From an uncultured Verrucomicrobia subdivision 3 bacterium (GTDB lineage Bacteria; Verrucomicrobiota; Verrucomicrobiia; Limisphaerales; UBA11358): DNA of 64,000 nucleotides. Of the stretch, positions 60,701 through 64,000 are shown in pieces. The stretch is from assembly GCA_903889895.1 (NCBI GenBank), contig CAISYZ010000121.1:1143-65142 (forward strand). The letters are read 5' to 3'. Every line of letters starts with the position of its first letter. Positions within the stretch are counted from its first letter, which is position 1. A model generated the notes under the pieces. That model was not told the DNA's origin. It ran no database searches and was given only the letters and a program-made list of their open reading frames with translations. Made by a program: the position numbers and the translations under genes.

Positions 60701-62391
60701 ACAGCGCCACCCAATGGACATTGCAGCCCGCGCCTACCACCGGAAAGTATTACTTGGTTTCGGCTCTGGACGGACGGCGACTTAGCTATAATGGAACTAA
60801 CGTCACACTGGCTGCGCCGGGCACCACGGGCACGACCGTCCAATGGTCGCTGGCCTCCTATCAATACGGCTGGTATTATCTGCAGCATCCCGCCACCGGC
60901 AAAGAGCTGTCACTAGCCTATAACAACTCATCTTTGACCGCCACCTACAGCATGGTGACCAACACCACCACCGGCACCGCCGTCGAGTGGCGCTTCATCG
61001 TGCCTTACACTCCCCCTGTCATCGTTTGGACGGGAGGCACCAACGCCTCATGGATTTCGCCCGCCAATTGGGATTCCATCAATTTGAATCCCATCATCAA
61101 CCAGAGAGGGGATTTTGCGGTGGCCTTCAATAATCTCTCCACCAACAACCTGAACACGGTGCTGAATTTTGCGAATAATCCCGCCGTCTCGAATAACTTC
61201 ACCGTTTATGGCATTACGGTGAGCAACCCGCCCGGGCCCGTCACCATCGAGGCGACCAACACCCTGACGGTTGGCAATTTTATTGACCTTTCCGGGGCCA
61301 GCCAGAACCTGACCATCAATTCACCGTTGTTCATCGGAGAGCAGCAGGGTTACGCGCGGCATTTCTGGACGGTAGCCAGCACGCGCACGTTAAGCCTTAA
61401 CGGTGGCGTAACCGGAGCCAACGACCTGATCATTGCCGGCGGCGGCACGGTATCGCTGGGCGGGACCAACACTTATACCGGCAATACGATTATCAGCAAC
61501 AACACGCTGCTGACGATTAGTGGAGCGGGACAGTTGGGCGGTGGCAACTACACTTCGGCCATCACGGATAATGGAACTTTCAACTACAACAGTGCCGCCG
61601 ACCAGACCTTGTCCGGGAACATTTCCGGCACCGGATCGGTGACTGTGAATGGCATGGGCAACTTGACGCTTTCCGGCACCAACACCTACACCGGCAACAC
61701 CACAATCAACAGCGGTGGCACACTTGCTTTGAGCGGCAGCGGTTGGCTGGCCAGTCAGAAAATCATCGTGGCCGGCGGGGGAACTTTTGACATTTCAGCG
61801 ACAACGACCACCTTTACGTTTGGCAGCGGCGTCAAATTGACGAACAGTTCGGCGGGGGCGTTGATCAACGGCAACAACGATTGCACCGTGGGCACTCTCT
61901 GGCTGGTGACCGATGGCATCAACCCCGCTTTCATCCAAACGAATGGCACAATGACCTTGTCCGCAAGCGCGGTATTCATGGTCAACAACACCGGCACCAT
62001 ACTGGGTGTCGGCCATCACACGATCATTGCGGCGGCGACGGCAGGCAATCAAGGGCGGGTGACAGGCCCGCTGCCATCCGTTGCGGTCACGGGCAGCGGC
62101 ACGGCAGGAACGGTTGCCTTGCAAACCAATGCCACGGGCGGTTTGGATTTGGTGGTGACCAGCAGCACTTCAACGTCGCCGACGAGTCTGAATTTTGGGT
62201 TCAGCAGCGGTGCGCTGACACTGACCTGGCCGGCGGATCACCTGGGTTGGATTGCACAGTCCAATGCAGTGAATTTGGGAAACTCGAACTACTGGTTTGA
62301 CATCCCCGGTTCAGAATCGGCTACGAACCTCAGCATACCCATCAAACCAGCCGTGCCTCAGGTGTTTTATCGACTCCGCTATCCATTCTGA
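57733..62391 (+). CDS. Large secreted GH128-like glycoside hydrolase with discoidin-like, ricin-B and autotransporter-associated beta-strand repeats and a C-terminal FYR domain
   Basis: Signal peptide ending GRA-ATI; two discoidin-like repeats; QxW ricin repeats; catalytic KKG...MGYNEPD...DYLPAHEY...PMWMTEFG; L(S/G)GTNTYTGNT repeats; ends QVFYRLRYPF. Start uncertain (ORF open from 57658). Confidence 0.8.
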   Translation: MIYAWQQRMQTPDLFHPKTKLARLGQSVRPARRRGLIWLALAMGLGLSAVSGRAATINWGTPVTISGDSDVTNAGTGIGAYFEGGAGANQTINGVTFTNMGGTTTWGNLTFSGSGTFAYNTNGMGNNVGTFASLSAAYSNALSGGIWIPGNAAVTVTLNNLTVGHQYTVQYWANDSRYPGVQTNRYSTISGNWGSGNKLLFNTTHVAGGVGQYVLGTFLADATSQAFVITGGNLTSGGSADAQTAAIQVRDNGAYVYTPPSFTATRVNLAKYQPVTTDSTNGSQGAQFITDGLTVNDSYWQSGGVAPHWAQVTFPFPVPVGSVQLAMGLDSVPPPTIFKLQYLTNGTWMNVPGTSVGSNTNKEVNLVFTTPITASSFRFYDSLDGNVYIREMALYPPNGTNGYPFGTDFNIDLARKQPTYATANTYGNWPLLATDGRVNAASAWETTLVGSNALQINLQFTNTIGSAHLYSGATGVPPLTNFVLQYWTAGAWANIPGGSVTGNTNGALVIPFTTPVTTTKVQLVFTNAGVSAVQELCIFSANSNGGYPLGTGVTTNLPVAAKYDTYTDSYYYLSNSATAQVIIESNGVPVPGPAAGTNWAGQYQVLLNYDNGSYRLINRNTGLCLAGAQLTTNAGAALVDEDYAALPDQDWFLQPIDGVNYYLVNQFSGLGLDQQGGALVQNVPTNRTSQYWQISPAKIFPKKGIAGSWGGYPVTFAGNWTYGWWYGSNPNLPGVNYFPMDPDTWYRGSTVAGNLWTLQPGWRKAGYSLNVMGYNEPDMVGQADIDATNGAIYWMNDQNLDLPLAGPAAGNVNGTWNQIFYGYITNWGCHVDYLPAHEYPGNNSSGSSGIWINTLNTAYNTYGIPMWMTEFGVVDWGGTGYWNEEDNYTAMAEFLWRAESVTWLRKYSMFIFRGAMATNLWTRTTPAPTSNAYDTNGVLTPFGELYAAWDDDANVETNKAYFVFNSSTRKQLANLLDPQYPDAKSILVRDSATQWTLQPAPTTGKYYLVSALDGRRLSYNGTNVTLAAPGTTGTTVQWSLASYQYGWYYLQHPATGKELSLAYNNSSLTATYSMVTNTTTGTAVEWRFIVPYTPPVIVWTGGTNASWISPANWDSINLNPIINQRGDFAVAFNNLSTNNLNTVLNFANNPAVSNNFTVYGITVSNPPGPVTIEATNTLTVGNFIDLSGASQNLTINSPLFIGEQQGYARHFWTVASTRTLSLNGGVTGANDLIIAGGGTVSLGGTNTYTGNTIISNNTLLTISGAGQLGGGNYTSAITDNGTFNYNSAADQTLSGNISGTGSVTVNGMGNLTLSGTNTYTGNTTINSGGTLALSGSGWLASQKIIVAGGGTFDISATTTTFTFGSGVKLTNSSAGALINGNNDCTVGTLWLVTDGINPAFIQTNGTMTLSASAVFMVNNTGTILGVGHHTIIAAATAGNQGRVTGPLPSVAVTGSGTAGTVALQTNATGGLDLVVTSSTSTSPTSLNFGFSSGALTLTWPADHLGWIAQSNAVNLGNSNYWFDIPGSESATNLSIPIKPAVPQVFYRLRYPF

Positions 62392-62597
62392 TAATTAATG
62401 CCAGGGGGTGACTGGGGATTAATTGTGCGAACGAACGCGAAAATCAGCTTGCAAACTTCAGTGGCTGGCCAAGAATTTTAGCCTGTTCCCATCGCCCAAC
62501 GCGGGCATAAATCAGAATGGGAACCGCGCATAAAATACATTTATGATCCACCAGTTGAATGGGCGTTTCCGTCGTTGTCGCTGCCTGCTGGCCCTGA

Positions 62598-63263
62598 GTT
62601 TGGCGGTTTAACGTCCAGCCGCTCGTAGCCAACGGCGGGTTTGAGACGGGAGATTTTACAGGCTGGACGGCCAGCGGAAATTTTGTTTATTGCTCCGTCA
62701 GCAGCAGCAGCACTTACGTCCACTCGGGCACTTGGGGCGCGGAGATGGGGCCGTCCAGCACATTGGGATATTTGTCCCAAACCCTGACCACCACGCCGGG
62801 GCAGATTTACTCCCTGTCCTACTGGCTGATCAATCCCGCCACCGGCACGCCCAATGAATTCACCGCCGCGTGGAATGGAACCAACGTGGCGGACCTGGTG
62901 AACCTGGGCGCGAAGGGCTGGGTGAACCATCAATCCTATGTGGTGGCAACATCCAGCAGCACGGTGATTCAATTCGGTTTCCGCAACGATCCGAATTATC
63001 TGGGCTTTGACGATGTGACGGTCACGCCGGTGGCGGCGCCGACTTTCTCCAGCGCGGGCCGCAGCGGCAACAACCTCAACCTCGGCTGGGTCACCCAGTC
63101 CAATCTGATATATCAGGTGCAATATACGACGAATCTGGCACCGGCGAATTGGATCAATCTTGGCGGCACCATCACCGCCACCGGAACATCCTTGACGGTC
63201 ACGGATACGAATGCGGTTTCCACCCAGCCGCGCCGGTTCTATCGGTTGCAGATGCTGCCTTGA
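62598..63263 (+). pseudogene. 5'-truncated remnant of a secreted protein (CBM4/9- or DUF642-like domain plus C-terminal FYR domain)
   Basis: The frame of ORF 62745..63263 extends upstream to a stop at 62595-62597 and reads QPLVANGGFETGDFTGWT with no start codon or signal peptide. Ends RRFYRLQMLP. Confidence 0.65.
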
Positions 63264-63325
63264 CGCTTTTAAAATCTGGAAGCGGAACGGCTGGATTGAC
63301 TAGGCGGGACCACGGGAAACGGTAT

Positions 63326-63655
63326 TTAGGCGACAACAGGATTTTCGGCGGGGATATCCAGCTTGCCGCCGCAATGCCAGCAGGCGGCAAATCCGGCATT
63401 CATCGGCTCACCGCAGGCCAGGCAGCTTTTGTGAGGGAAATGCCGCAGCCGGGGAACGAGCCAGTTGCGGCAAAAGGTCATCGCCGGCAGATAATCGCGC
63501 AGGCGAAGAATCCAGAGCTCGCGCTGATGCGGCACGGCGGGAAGCAGCCGGGTGAAGCGGGTGGGCCGCAGCTCGCACGGCAGGCCCGCGCTTTCCAACA
63601 GGTTCTTCACCAGTTCCATTTCGGTGTCCTCGAGCGTGATGTGGATTTGCTTCAT
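63326..63655 (-). CDS. DUF2007-like putative signal-transducing protein with C-terminal zinc ribbon
   Basis: ELVKNLLESAGLPC...ELWIL; CLACGE....FAACWHCG. Confidence 0.65.
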   Translation of the reverse strand: MKQIHITLEDTEMELVKNLLESAGLPCELRPTRFTRLLPAVPHQRELWILRLRDYLPAMTFCRNWLVPRLRHFPHKSCLACGEPMNAGFAACWHCGGKLDIPAENPVVA

Positions 63656-63809
63656 AACCTGCCTCCGAAGGGGAAAGCATAGCTCATTTTAACGGAATGA
63701 CACCTTTTATATCAGCGGCCAGCGGGACCGCCTTTGCGCATACAAGGTGCCGGCGGCTTGGCTAATGGGCGCGGATTGACACCGTTTGGCGTCTGGCTAT
63801 GCTCTTGCC

Positions 63810-64000
63810 ATGGCCGCCCCCAATCCAATGACCGGCATCCGGCGCATCGACCGGCCGCAAAAAGGCATCCACGGCTTTGAAGCGCGGGTTAAGCGTGGCG
63901 GCAAATACCACAGCAAATTCTTTTCAGATAAAACCCACGGCGGACGCGAATCGGCGCTGACGGCCGCCCAAGACTATTATCCCTTGCTGCTGGAAAAGGT
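63810..64000 (+). CDS. AP2-like DNA-binding domain protein (partial, runs off the window)
   Basis: My translation: MAAPNPMTGIRRIDRPQKGIHGFEARVKRGGKYHSKFFSDKTHGGRESALTAAQDYY, matching the AP2 pattern (KFFS..xGG...AL.AA). Confidence 0.65.
   Translation, partial: MAAPNPMTGIRRIDRPQKGIHGFEARVKRGGKYHSKFFSDKTHGGRESALTAAQDYYPLLLEK

Noticed and set aside
56517-64000. Prophage suggested by the CII-like and AP2-like genes
   Set aside because: No terminase, capsid, tail, replication or integrase genes; the neighbours are CAZymes.

Overview
GC-rich bacterial chromosome segment whose gene repertoire points to Verrucomicrobiota, probably Pedosphaera/Limisphaerales-like (inferred from gene content only). 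Housekeeping genes (prc, FKBP PPIase, degP, cbpA, gltX, rlmN, hisH, ilvE, tRNA-Glu) are interleaved with a SusCD-less starch/maltose utilisation locus (21.7-33.5 kb), several large secreted CAZymes sharing a C-terminal 'FYR' domain, and two restriction-modification neighbourhoods (5.3-8.1 kb and 54.1-56.3 kb). The strongest unexplained signal occurs twice, 42 kb apart. Each time, a signal-peptide-less helical-plus-fibronectin-III gene (8693..9313 +, 50298..51020 -) is preceded by a roughly 250-315 bp array of in-phase 21-bp units, each a 20-bp (quasi-)palindrome plus 1 bp. The two arrays have different sequences but the same geometry, and both lie near R-M genes. A second oddity is a decayed DNA methyltransferase whose conserved blocks flank two successive, co-oriented gene cassettes. 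All assignments are from reading the sequence and recalled family motifs; no searches were run.
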